Virus record (IMG/VR): IMGVR_UViG_3300022555_000019
Direction: 5' to 3' (one strand)
DNA from: an uncultured virus (IMG/VR IMGVR_UViG_3300022555_000019)
Lineage: Duplodnaviria > Heunggongvirae > Uroviricota > Caudoviricetes
DNA length: 60,328 bases
Below, piece by piece: positions 30,733-41,077 of this stretch. A model generated the notes under the pieces. The model was not told where the DNA came from and made no database searches. It worked only from the letters and a program-made list of their open reading frames with translations. Made by a program: the position numbers and the translations under genes. The stretch's first letter is position 1. Each line of letters starts with the position of its first letter.

Positions 30733-30939
30733 CAGAATACGGGTGTGGGTTTTTTACTTAGTAAACCGTCTTAAAAAAGCACCTATCAAAATTTTAATTT
30801 GCCATAGTTCCATTTATTGATATGTTCGGCTGAGCAAAATCTTAGATTGGATTCTAATCTCAACACATCATGGTCTTGTGATCCACTGATCAAAATTGAA
30901 TTTATAGTCATATAGTTTCAATTTTGCTGCATGTATTCT
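30733..30939 (-). ncRNA. CAGCAA stem motif copy 2 (long insert)
   Basis: AGAAUAC-AUG-CAGCAA...GUAUUCU-G. Confidence 0.65.
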
Positions 30940-30970
30940 TCAATGAGTAAAGACATTTAAGTTTAATTAA

Positions 30971-31180
30971 CTGAATACAAGTAAGGTTTTTTCGGAACTA
31001 TTACCATCAAATCACACAAATAACTTTATTCATAATGTGAGGGTTTGAACCTCACTATCGCTCCCCTCTATCTCAAGGTTTAGAAGTAATCCCAGCAATC
31101 GGCAAGTTATATTGCGATATTGCCCCTGAGAAAACACTGCGAATCAACCATTGGTTTGTGCTTTTTGCTGCACGTATTCA
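30971..31180 (-). ncRNA. CAGCAA stem motif copy 3 (long insert with a T-arm)
   Basis: UGAAUAC-GUG-CAGCAA...GUAUUCA-G; contains GUGAGG-UUCAAAC-CCUCAC. Confidence 0.65.
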
Positions 31181-31408
31181 TCAATAATTAAAACTTTAAT
31201 TCAAAGAACGATATTTATGATATTATACTTTTCGAAAAAAGTTTAATATTTTTTGTAAAACAATATATATTTTAACAAAAATGTCATTTTTTTCCATTTT
31301 TGAAAAAGTGCTAACTCAAAAGAAAGTTGTGAGAACTTTCGAAATGGATCGGCAAAGATATAAAAGTTTTTTTAATAAAAAAAAAATTAAATAAAAAATA
31401 AAAATTAA

Positions 31409-31440
31409 AAAAAACCTGAGTGAACAACTCAGGTTTTTTT
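31409..31440 (-). terminator. Intrinsic terminator
   Basis: AAAAAACCTGAGT...ACTCAGGTTTTTT. Confidence 0.85.
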
Positions 31441-31457
31441 CTGGGATTATTTTTAAC

Positions 31458-32807
31458 TTAATTCTTTATCACCTTATGTGTGCTTAACACCCCGTTAATC
31501 TGTGTCCTGAAATAATAAACACCTGTTGGTAAATACGAAATATTGATATTATAATCATTCGAATTTGGAACAGTATGAGCAACTTCAGCACCAAGCAAAT
31601 TGATGATGTAAAGCACCTGAACAGGCTCAGATGATTTGATTGTAACGTTCCCTGTTGTCGGGTTCGGATAAATCTCAATTGTCGGATTGGATGTGTTTTC
31701 ATGTACACCCGTATAAATTCCACAAGGATTATTGGGATTGCCAAGTGTGGTATCACTATAAGTGGTATTGTACTTATTCATGATTTTACAATAGTATCTG
31801 CAAGTGGTATCAGATGCAGACACCCCCTTAAGTGTATTGGTTGTGGATAAAATTGTCGAATTATCACCGACTTTATACCACGCATAGTGAAGTCCATTTT
31901 CTGCACAGTATCCGCTGGCTTCGATGAATGTTTTATATGTGGTGCTGGGGGATTTTAATGTTGATGGAACAAAGCCACTTGGCTGGTGCACGAGTGTAGG
32001 TGCCGTTGTAGATGAGAGCCACAAAGAATCGATTTCATCATCGGTCATTGCAAAATTGTAAATATCTACCTGATCGATTGTACCTTTTGCATAACCGAAA
32101 CCATTCGGAAGCCCTCCACAATTACGACCCAATTCCAGAATAGTTCTATTCATCCCAGGATTACATGGACGGTAATCACGACCATAAATTGAATCGGCTT
32201 CGAGTCCGTTTACATATAATTTATAGCAATAACGGGCACTGTCTGGGTATTGAAATCCACGATCTTTGATGGTTCCACACACAAAATACCATGTATTAAG
32301 AACGATAGAATCATTATGATATAGATCAACCAAATCACCGTTCCACTGCTTATCCCTCATATGAATTACAGTATCCCCACCAGTTGGGGTTTGAGTGGTT
32401 GGGCAGAACTCATATCCTGTTGTTACACCCTGAGGATCATAATAATTCATGTGGAATATGTATCCATCCCTAACGGCAAATTTATACCAGAATGCCATCG
32501 TAATATCTCCTTGTGCAGCGGCTAATAGGGATGCTGACGTATCAATCAAAATCCAATTCTGTGGTGTTCCACCACCCAGATAAAGGGCTTTATGAGGAAC
32601 GCCAAAACGATCACTAACAAACATTGAATCGTTTACCCCATATCCATGTGCAATTCCATCATGAAGAGTATCACCATTAACACCATAGTGCCAAATGGTA
32701 TCATACAGATTTCCATCCATCGGAAGAGAAAGAACCAAATGTGATTGCTGTGCAATCGAGGCAACAGTCATAAAAATGAGTGCCAAAATAAAAATTATTT
32801 TTTTCAT
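31458..32807 (-). CDS. Secreted LamG/concanavalin-like protein with T9SS type A sorting domain
   Basis: Signal peptide MKKIIFILALIF; DRFG...A, W.FV, LYVNG, G.IDQV.IYN; C-terminal IYPNPT...LPTGVYY...KVIKN. Confidence 0.85.
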   Translation of the reverse strand: MKKIIFILALIFMTVASIAQQSHLVLSLPMDGNLYDTIWHYGVNGDTLHDGIAHGYGVNDSMFVSDRFGVPHKALYLGGGTPQNWILIDTSASLLAAAQGDITMAFWYKFAVRDGYIFHMNYYDPQGVTTGYEFCPTTQTPTGGDTVIHMRDKQWNGDLVDLYHNDSIVLNTWYFVCGTIKDRGFQYPDSARYCYKLYVNGLEADSIYGRDYRPCNPGMNRTILELGRNCGGLPNGFGYAKGTIDQVDIYNFAMTDDEIDSLWLSSTTAPTLVHQPSGFVPSTLKSPSTTYKTFIEASGYCAENGLHYAWYKVGDNSTILSTTNTLKGVSASDTTCRYYCKIMNKYNTTYSDTTLGNPNNPCGIYTGVHENTSNPTIEIYPNPTTGNVTIKSSEPVQVLYIINLLGAEVAHTVPNSNDYNINISYLPTGVYYFRTQINGVLSTHKVIKN

Positions 32808-33018
32808 AGCGTTATGTTTTAAATTTCGATACAAAGATATATATAAATATTGAATAAAAAAAATTTAGAGCAACATTTTTCAAAAAAAATAGAGAATAAA
32901 CCTTTCTTTCTCCTGTTTGTCGTGGGTTCCCGCTTCTATGTTATTCGGTTATCATTCCACATCAACTCAGGTACTCGATCCAGTGTTCTCTAATTGAACT
33001 GCAAAAATATAAAAAATA

Positions 33019-33504
33019 TTGAACAAAAAAAATTTATTGTACTATATAAATAAAAAATTAATTATGGCAATGATAACAGTAGCACCATTCGCTAAGCCAC
33101 AATCTGGCACATCTGGCACATCTGGGACTGCTGGGTCAACTGGATATAATGCACCACTTTACAGTACCAGCGGATCAAGCGGATATGCAAAAATATCAGA
33201 TAAGAATCAATATCTGATCATAAAAATTAAAGATGAATTTCAACCCGAAGTACTAAAAGAATGTAAAGAACTTCAAATATTTACTTGGGAAATACATTAT
33301 ATTGAAAAGAAATTTCTCAGAAAATTAAAAGTTCAAAAAATAGACAAACATATAATTTCAAAAGATAAAGAACTACTTGACGTTCTATTAGATGAAAGAT
33401 ATGTTAAAATGCTATCTTATGACGAAACGGTGTTAAGAGTTGGGTCTGGATATGGAACTGGTTCGTTTGGAATATCTGGAAGTTCTGGAATATCTGGTAC
33501 CTAA
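33019..33504 (+). CDS. Hypothetical protein (SGTSG repeats; RKLK motif)
   Basis: ORF; start probably 33064. Confidence 0.65.
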   Translation: MNKKNLLYYINKKLIMAMITVAPFAKPQSGTSGTSGTAGSTGYNAPLYSTSGSSGYAKISDKNQYLIIKIKDEFQPEVLKECKELQIFTWEIHYIEKKFLRKLKVQKIDKHIISKDKELLDVLLDERYVKMLSYDETVLRVGSGYGTGSFGISGSSGISGT

Positions 33505-34226
33505 GACAAATTCTTCATATGCTCACTTCGTAGCACAAGGCAATCAGTTGAATTCTCAAATACTTTACCGTCAGGTGAAATTAAATAGAATTCAACTGGA
33601 TTGTCTATTATAAAAGGTAATTCATAATCTTCCAAATCTTTAGCTTTTCCGTATTTTTGAAAGAAAAATACATTTGACATCCCAAGCAAATTGCGATTTT
33701 CCAATTCATCCAAAATCCATTGATCACCTACAGCTCTTTTACGAACATTGAAATTAATACGGAAATCGTGATCTTCATCTTCAATATAACAAATTACATC
33801 TTTTAATATTTCAGCTTTATCAAGCAAATTAGAATCCCGTTCAATAAGATAGTTATTGATACTTGGCTTTAATGTGAAAGGCTTCTGGATCATTTTGAAA
33901 TAATCTACCAAAGATTCAAAACTTCGTTTCTTATCAACTTTACGGTTAGAATCAAAAACATACGGAAACATTGAAGCATTAGTAGTTAATACAATTTTTA
34001 TGCAATTATTATCGTTGTTTAGATAATCGATGATACGATAATAATCTGGATGCATTGTTGGCTCACCGCCTTCTAATTGGGCTTCATATTCCGAAGTTTG
34101 AGACGATAAATACTTTTCTATCCACTCATAAGATAAAAATGTCTTACGAGTAGGATCGGAAAATGTACAGCAAAGCTCACACTCCCTGTTACAATGGTTG
34201 GTTATTGCCAAATAAAATCTTTTCAT
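33501..34226 (-). CDS. Radical SAM protein
   Basis: CNRECELC, GGEP, TTNA. Confidence 0.9.
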   Translation of the reverse strand: MKRFYLAITNHCNRECELCCTFSDPTRKTFLSYEWIEKYLSSQTSEYEAQLEGGEPTMHPDYYRIIDYLNNDNNCIKIVLTTNASMFPYVFDSNRKVDKKRSFESLVDYFKMIQKPFTLKPSINNYLIERDSNLLDKAEILKDVICYIEDEDHDFRINFNVRKRAVGDQWILDELENRNLLGMSNVFFFQKYGKAKDLEDYELPFIIDNPVEFYLISPDGKVFENSTDCLVLRSEHMKNLS

Positions 34227-34242
34227 TCTGCATCTTTTTTAT

Positions 34243-34479
34243 TTATAATAATGCACTTAGTTCAACGATAACGATGAGCCACCATATAATGAGTGAAAGT
34301 ATCATCCTTCCTTTATTAATTACCAGAATATACTCCGCTGTGGTTAATCCAGCAGTAAGTAAGCATACAATAAAAACAACGATAGCTAATGTCTTAAGTG
34401 TAATAAATATTGTGCTTATGATAAACAATAATGATAAAAGAACGAATAAATCCCTTAATTTACTGATTAATCCGATCAT
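34243..34479 (-). CDS. Small membrane protein
   Basis: Hydrophobic ORF. Confidence 0.6.
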   Translation of the reverse strand: MIGLISKLRDLFVLLSLLFIISTIFITLKTLAIVVFIVCLLTAGLTTAEYILVINKGRMILSLIIWWLIVIVELSALL

Positions 34480-34898
34480 AACTTTGATTTCTTTTGGTTT
34501 AACACTACGATTCCTGTTAAATATTTTTTCTTGTGCATCGGGTCCTTAAATTTCCACTGGCGATCAGCAATCTTTTCAAACCCACCAATATCATAAATAA
34601 GTAAGATCGGCTCTTTGTAAATTTTGAATTTTTTAAAAGATGATGACTTATTTTCATCCGCTTCAGCCGCTATGATATCATCACAAGTCGTTGCAAACAC
34701 TGTATCTTCAAATGGAATGTTTGTATTTTCCCACAATTTTCCATTTTTATATCCACCACGATTGGTACCATAACGAAAAATTCTTTTTATATCTGATTTT
34801 TCAGCGGCACGGTACAAGTTACCTTCTTTGTGAACAAGTTCCAGTAATTTTAAATTATACCCATCATAGGGTAATTCTCTTATAGAAAAAACATTCAT
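34476..34898 (-). CDS. Hypothetical protein
   Basis: ORF between the radical SAM genes. Confidence 0.7.
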   Translation of the reverse strand: MNVFSIRELPYDGYNLKLLELVHKEGNLYRAAEKSDIKRIFRYGTNRGGYKNGKLWENTNIPFEDTVFATTCDDIIAAEADENKSSSFKKFKIYKEPILLIYDIGGFEKIADRQWKFKDPMHKKKYLTGIVVLNQKKSKL

Positions 34899-34907
34899 AA
34901 ATATTTA

Positions 34908-35945
34908 TTAAGGTGCAATTAATATATCTTCCCATTCACGCCAGCTACCATTTAATGATCCGTTTGGGTGAATAACCATTTCGTAAACAACTGGAATACC
35001 TATTTTCTTGGTTGAACTTTCTTTTTCCAAATAAATCTGCTTTAAGTTAGCAGATTCAGAAACCATTGCAATCCCGTTGTAGTTATAAACTTCAACATAA
35101 TAATAATATCCAAGAACCTGATTCAAAAATGAAAAATTAGAATCATTATCCAACTGCTCCCAAATATCAACGAGATTAATACGATTTCTTTCACAAAAAT
35201 TGAAAATTACACTCTCACGATTCACAGTATCCATGTTATATCTCATCAATTCACGAAAAACAACATTATCTACCTTATGTTTCAGAGCAACATCCATATA
35301 CTTTTTCATTTCAGGAACAGTTCCAACACCATTATTCAAAAGTACACATGAAAGACGTAATCTTGGTGCCCTACCAGCTAAAGTTTTCTGAATTTCACCC
35401 AAAAATTCGTTATCCAATGAATATTTATCATATCTCATGATTTTGAAGTTTGTTTCATCGTCATAATGAGCTTTACTGATATTTAAATGAACAAATCCAT
35501 TATCGATAAGATGCTCAAGAATAGTTTTTCCTTCATACATGAAAAATAATCCAGTACCATTTGTGGTGATCGTTCTTTTTCGAATATTATGTTTGTTGAG
35601 TAATTTTATTATTGGGACAACTCTTTCTGGATAATGAGTTGGTTCACCGCCAGTGATAGAAACACTTGGATTTAATGGTCTAATTTGTCCAAGTAGATAA
35701 TCCACCCGTTTTAAATATTCATCAGTATCTTCAATCTTGGGTTTTAAATATTCAGAGCCATCGTTGGCATACCTGAGCTTTGCTACGCAAAAATCGCAAT
35801 CAGCGTTACAGTAATCCCCAACAAATATCGAAAGATTAACATTATCATAAACAAATCTGTCGTTACCTTCAAAGGCAAACTGATTCAATTTTTTCTTTGT
35901 TATATCAAAGCATTCTTGTCTTTTATATCTCCAATCAAGATTCAT
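34908..35945 (-). CDS. Radical SAM protein
   Basis: CNADCDFC, ITGGEP, TTNG. Confidence 0.9.
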   Translation of the reverse strand: MNLDWRYKRQECFDITKKKLNQFAFEGNDRFVYDNVNLSIFVGDYCNADCDFCVAKLRYANDGSEYLKPKIEDTDEYLKRVDYLLGQIRPLNPSVSITGGEPTHYPERVVPIIKLLNKHNIRKRTITTNGTGLFFMYEGKTILEHLIDNGFVHLNISKAHYDDETNFKIMRYDKYSLDNEFLGEIQKTLAGRAPRLRLSCVLLNNGVGTVPEMKKYMDVALKHKVDNVVFRELMRYNMDTVNRESVIFNFCERNRINLVDIWEQLDNDSNFSFLNQVLGYYYYVEVYNYNGIAMVSESANLKQIYLEKESSTKKIGIPVVYEMVIHPNGSLNGSWREWEDILIAP

Positions 35946-36314
35946 AAAAATGTATTTGGTATATAACAAATTTAATCATAGTTATTGGTTAAAAAAAATT
36001 ATGTTAGATTTTTTAAATTTGAAATTTCTTTATTATAATCACGATCTGGATACATACGTTTAAATTGCCGTTTTGGAACAATCATCATAAAATCATACCA
36101 TGGAATAAATCCAAGTGCTGATCTTACATACATCATCCTGTAATTTCGTATTATTGGCTTTATTTTTAATGCGGCTTTTAGTTTTTCTTTATTTGACCAC
36201 CCAAAAATAGAATCAAATTCGCTCCACCATTCATTATTTACACCAAACCGTTTAGTTCTAAATAATAAATGCAAAATCAGTTTCCAATTAGCAATAAAAT
36301 ATCTAATTCTAAAA

Positions 36315-36524
36315 CTAACCTTCTTCACCGTCAGGACTTGAATTTTCTGGGAGCTTATCCAAAACGCTAAAATTACAGCCATGATATGGTAATTCTGGAT
36401 TATCGCCAAACCCAAAGCTATCTAATGCATTTGATAATTCGGTATTTGATGCAACTAAAATACGTGACATTATTAATCCAATAGCTTTATCTCTACTGAT
36501 GTCAACTGTCGATTTCCACCCCAT
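36315..36524 (-). CDS. Hypothetical protein
   Basis: ORF in operon. Confidence 0.6.
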   Translation of the reverse strand: MGWKSTVDISRDKAIGLIMSRILVASNTELSNALDSFGFGDNPELPYHGCNFSVLDKLPENSSPDGEEG

Positions 36525-36732
36525 TTTTACCCCATTTTTTTATCACCTTAGGTTCAATAAAAACCAAATAAGGTATAATTATTGCAGCCAATACAATATA
36601 ACTGATAATTTCCGATGTCATTCTACTAATAGATAATGTGATCATGCAGAAATATAAAACTGCCATAGATGCAAAAACTGAAATAAGACCCATAATAAGT
36701 CTCCCAATAAATTTAACTATGATCGTTTTCAT
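36502..36732 (-). CDS. Small two-helix membrane protein
   Basis: Hydrophobic ORF. Confidence 0.6.
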   Translation of the reverse strand: MKTIIVKFIGRLIMGLISVFASMAVLYFCMITLSISRMTSEIISYIVLAAIIIPYLVFIEPKVIKKWGKNGVEIDS

Positions 36733-36829
36733 ATATTATTTTCTTTTACGATTAATAATGTAACCAACTATGAATAGAGCAACAATTAAAACAAAAAATT
36801 TCCCAATGACATTGTAATATTCCATATAA

Positions 36830-37177
36830 TTATTTATTTTTATCTTCTCTGGACAAAATAAGAATGTGATCAGCCAAAAAAACTTTACTCTTACTATGCT
36901 TCTTTGGTCTTAGGTCTTTGGCTAAACACTTAAAAATTGCCTTTGTTTTGCGATTTTTAAATCTTGTAAGATATTTTTCACAAAGATCGTAAGTCGGAAG
37001 AACATGCCACCCTGAAAGATAAAGCGGTCCTTTACCATCGTTAACCATTTTCTTATCAGCAGTCAGCCAAGTCTCAGTCGGGATCGTTCTTGAGTTGTTG
37101 ATTCCATGAAATAAAGTACGAACCTTACCATTCTCAAATTCAACTATCTTATACCAAAATTCTGTTTGTTCTTGCAT
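36830..37177 (-). CDS. Hypothetical protein
   Basis: ORF in operon. Confidence 0.7.
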   Translation of the reverse strand: MQEQTEFWYKIVEFENGKVRTLFHGINNSRTIPTETWLTADKKMVNDGKGPLYLSGWHVLPTYDLCEKYLTRFKNRKTKAIFKCLAKDLRPKKHSKSKVFLADHILILSREDKNK

Positions 37178-37178
37178 A

Positions 37179-37367
37179 TTAATGACCCCCCTGTACTTCA
37201 GTAATTATACCTTTTTCAACCACTACTCGAATCCGATTCTGATTCATTTCTTGGGTTAAATAATATTCATTACCATCTTCCATAATAGCACAAACAAAAT
37301 ATGGTTTTGGTACCATCTTTTGCCAAGTTGAAAACTGAGTTCCAACCAATTCTTTGAAATCTGTCAT
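37179..37367 (-). CDS. Small protein resembling the I78/potato-inhibitor fold
   Basis: LVG...T.E....RIRV.VE.G.IT.V..G pattern. Confidence 0.5.
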   Translation of the reverse strand: MTDFKELVGTQFSTWQKMVPKPYFVCAIMEDGNEYYLTQEMNQNRIRVVVEKGIITEVQGGH

Positions 37368-37867
37368 AATTTTAAAAATTGTTTGTTTATATCAAATTTT
37401 ATTCGATGTTTCTTCTCAACCATGTTATCAAAATCCAACATCAAAGACTCTGGTACTTTTATATTAAAATCTGTAAAACATTCTTTTATGATTTCATCCT
37501 TGGTGAATAAAAAGTCAGATATTCCATCTGTCCACTCTTTTAACCACAACCCCCAGCCTTTCTTACCGATTATAACAGCTCTTAGAATATTATTGTGCCT
37601 ACTCTTCAAATCGAGCTTTATAACCCCGTTTTCAAATTTTTTGAAGCTTATTTTTGCATCATCACCGCTTCTATCAAAATTAACATCAACGCTGGTTCCA
37701 CAAAAATTCAAAACCCCACACCGATACGACATTAAAAAGAAATTAAAAATTTCATTGAACCGATCTGAATGAACTTTACGCCTTCTATCATTTCTGGAAC
37801 CAATAAATTTCTTTCTCTCTTCAATTTTGTTCAGTTTTTCTTCAATATGCACAGTTTTATCTGGCAT
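37364..37867 (-). CDS. Hypothetical protein
   Basis: ORF in operon. Confidence 0.7.
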   Translation of the reverse strand: MPDKTVHIEEKLNKIEERKKFIGSRNDRRRKVHSDRFNEIFNFFLMSYRCGVLNFCGTSVDVNFDRSGDDAKISFKKFENGVIKLDLKSRHNNILRAVIIGKKGWGLWLKEWTDGISDFLFTKDEIIKECFTDFNIKVPESLMLDFDNMVEKKHRIKFDINKQFLKL

Positions 37868-38254
37868 TTACTTTATATCAATTTCGGCACCAGTTTCTTT
37901 CAAAGCCTTCTGCAATGCATCAGCTTCGTCCTTAGAGACCCCAGATTTGATTACTACTGGCGAATTGATGGCTTCATCCACTATCACCTTAGCTTCAATT
38001 AAACCGATCCCAGTCATCTCTTTGAGCATTTTCATAAGACTCAACTTGGCTGGGCCTACTTCTCGTAAGACAACATCGAATTTAGTTTGTTCTGCAACTT
38101 CAGCGGGTTGCGGTGCATAAAAAAGACCAGTAAAAACTGGTGAAGATTGAGGTGGGTCAAGACCATACTCATCTTTTAAAATCTGTGCCAACTCGTGGCA
38201 TTCCTTTACAGTTAAGCTAACCAACTTTTCTGCAACCGCTTTTATATCTGTCAT
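37868..38254 (-). CDS. rplL: Ribosomal protein bL12 (L7/L12)
   Basis: AEKLVSLTVKE..ELAQILKDEYG; EQTKFDVVL...GL.EAK..VD...KSGVSKDEA..L.K.L.E.GAE. Confidence 0.93.
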   Translation of the reverse strand: MTDIKAVAEKLVSLTVKECHELAQILKDEYGLDPPQSSPVFTGLFYAPQPAEVAEQTKFDVVLREVGPAKLSLMKMLKEMTGIGLIEAKVIVDEAINSPVVIKSGVSKDEADALQKALKETGAEIDIK

Positions 38255-38256
38255 AG

Positions 38257-38391
38257 CTATTTATTTTTTTCGATTTTTTTCAATTTTTCTATTCTTACCT
38301 TTCTCAATGCTTCCTTGTATAATTTTTCAACATCCCTCTTTTTCCAAGGAATTCCATTCTTATTCCACCAAGAGTCATCAAAGGGGGTCAT
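38257..38391 (-). CDS. Small protein with RxxKLxxI tail
   Basis: Manual translation MTPFDDSWW...RKVRIEKLKKIEKNK. Confidence 0.55.
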   Translation of the reverse strand: MTPFDDSWWNKNGIPWKKRDVEKLYKEALRKVRIEKLKKIEKNK

Positions 38392-38415
38392 AGTTCAAAA
38401 TTATTGTTTAGTTTA

Positions 38416-39776
38416 TCAAAAATACGAATTTTTTTTATAAATTCCCAATTTTTCCAACTTTTTCTTTCGCATACGTTTTAAATCGTATTCAAAATCATCT
38501 TCTAAATAATCAACTTGATAATTTAAATCATTACGTATATAAATAGTTGGAAGTGACGGTGGGCACTGGACAAGTGATGGATTTATTTTACCAATACCAA
38601 TAACTTCATAAACCCCACCAATATGAATTTGAAAGTGATAACGAGTACGATTATTTCTAATACATTTAACTATGTCACCTACCTTAAACATGATTCAATC
38701 TTTCTAATTTTTTCCTCCGAAGGTCTTTTAAATATATTTTAAAATGTGATTCATAATATTCAATTTCCGTATCTGAATCGTTATTTATGATAATAAATCT
38801 ATAATCTACATCAGCACCTTTGCCAAGTGCATGACCTTGACCAATATCAATAACATCATAAATCCCACCAACATGAATATTGGCAAACATTTTATCATCA
38901 ATACATTGAATTTTATCTCCAACCTTAAACATCTTTCAATAATTGTTCTAATTTTCGTTTCCGCTCGTCTTTCAAATGAAGGAATTTAAAGCATTCCTTT
39001 GGAAATTTATCAACACGACCGTAATTATCATTAATTGTTATTGTATTGGAATTAGATTTAAGAACTTCATAAGCACCACCAATATAAAGTCTAATAAAAT
39101 AATATTCTTTACGTACAGAGCCTGAACCTATATATTTAACAATATCACCAGCTCGAAACGGATTAACAAGGATTCTGCACATCATTTAGTTTATTCAGTT
39201 TAAATTTACGCTCTTCATGAGTTGTATAAAAATAATCATAAACATATGGTCTCGTATCACGTAGAGAACTATCAGAACTATCAGGGTACATCAAAAAATA
39301 AATATGACTCAAAACTAAAGTTGGGCCATGCTGAATTTCCATCACATCATAATATTTTCCAGCAATAAATTCCTCTCCTGAATATTTGTAATACTTTTTA
39401 CACAAATATTTTGATTTTGTACGATTTATTGGTAAATCCCCCGTATAATAAACATTCATGATGATAATTTCTTAATCTTATTTCGCCTTTCAGTTACAAT
39501 TGGTGGCTCAAAATACTCCCAAACCCTTCTGTTTGCATCCAAATCATCATTATGCATATATTCTTGCAGATAACCGAAACCGAAATTATTTTCAATCCTA
39601 ACGACATTATGCCCAATAGACAAAATTTTATATTCCCTCCCAGCAGTATGCTCCAATATGCCAGTAAAAAGCGTAGCAAATCCTGTTGATGGAAAACTTT
39701 TAATACAAAGTAATTTGTCACCCTCTTTAACTGGATGACCTTTCCAATATATCGGATCGTGATTATTTATTCTCAT
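38416..39776 (-). CDS. Five tandem small beta-barrel-like proteins with RxxK[LI]xx[LI] tails (38416..38691, 38684..38932, 38925..39185, 39163..39459, 39456..39776)
   Basis: Shared FKVGDxVxC / GxxYxV pattern and C-terminal motif. Confidence 0.75.
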
Positions 39777-39780
39777 TTTG

Positions 39781-39854
39781 TGACCCCAGTAGGATTCAAA
39801 CCTACAGTCCCCGCCTTAGAAGGGCGGTGCTTCATTCAGTTAAGCTATGGGGCC
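39781..39854 (-). tRNA. tRNA-Arg(UCU)
   Basis: Cloverleaf, CCGCC-CUUCUAA-GGCGG. Confidence 0.9.
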
Positions 39855-40371
39855 AAATTATTAATTTTATTAAGCTTCCATTTTCTTATATCACTCTTTG
39901 TTACATACCGCCATTTTTTAATAGTAAATGAATTAAACTCATTTGCTTCGTCATTTATTAGATCAGTTTTCATCCATTTATATTCACTCGACATTAAATA
40001 CCAAACGACATCATAATTTTTACCATCAGTAACCAAAACATCAATTCCTTCGTTTGGAAAAGTGTCAATATCGTTTAGTGTTAAATAAACCCAATTCTCC
40101 ATTATAGTTTACTAAGCTTATCAAGTTTCATTTTTCTTATATAATTCTTTGTTGGAACATTTATAATCGCTTCACCAAGCAATGTTTCAAGTTTAATTAT
40201 ATCCCATAAAGATAAAGTTCCTTGATTCATAATATTGTCAACCTCAAACACTTTATTCTTTTCAACGGCTAACGATTTAATTCTGGCATAAACCAAATTT
40301 TCTTTAGTCCATTCAGGATCACGTTTTCTCATTTTTGCTGCTGTATTGATGGTAACCCATTTGACATTCAT
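39845..40371 (-). CDS. Two small proteins with RxxKLxx[LI] tails (39845..40102, 40102..40371)
   Basis: RKWKLNKI; RKMKLDKL; TATCTTTG 4 nt before ATG. Confidence 0.72.
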
Positions 40372-40394
40372 AAAGCAAAGATATCACAAAAAAA

Positions 40395-41039
40395 TTATAA
40401 ATCAAATCTTTGTTGAATTTTTTTCTTATTATATTCCTTCATTTCTTTTTCAATTGTAAAATTAACGAATGTTGCATCTCCACCAACCCATGTGTACCCG
40501 TCAGGCATCATATTTATAGGTTCCCAGTCAGCAGAAAGATTTGTTTTACGAATATAATGCTGCCCAGAATTGTCAGTTAAAACTTTATAGCCAATTCCAA
40601 CTTTGAACTTAGACTTAGATTCTGTGCAAGTAACTGTGCCACTTTGTGTATGCGCTGGAGATAAGAAGTTATTTAAAAATTGTAGTTCCTTAAGTCTTTT
40701 ATATAATTTATCATATTCTGGTTTCAAATCCGCTTTCAAAAATTCATACCCACCTTTCCAATCACCACCAAGTCTAACACTTGGTTTCTTTGGCAATATA
40801 AATTTACCAACACTGGAGCCATTCTCATCCCACTCAATATAACAATCAGAACCAGTCTTAACAACAGTTCCGCTTTGACCTTTTTTATAAATAACCCGTT
40901 CACCATTATTCAAATGACCACCAGAATTCACTAACTCATTTATTTTAAAAAAAATGTCACTAATTTCTTCAGTAAGGTCATCCTTTATAACATCAAAAGA
41001 ATCAGCACGGCTTTCATTATATTTTCTCAAATATTTCAT
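40395..41039 (-). CDS. CTS-like/FDL-tail protein
   Basis: MKYLRKYNES...QQRFDL. Confidence 0.78.
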   Translation of the reverse strand: MKYLRKYNESRADSFDVIKDDLTEEISDIFFKINELVNSGGHLNNGERVIYKKGQSGTVVKTGSDCYIEWDENGSSVGKFILPKKPSVRLGGDWKGGYEFLKADLKPEYDKLYKRLKELQFLNNFLSPAHTQSGTVTCTESKSKFKVGIGYKVLTDNSGQHYIRKTNLSADWEPINMMPDGYTWVGGDATFVNFTIEKEMKEYNKKKIQQRFDL

Positions 41040-41077
41040 TGATCTATATATTAAATTCAATAATTAATATATAATTT

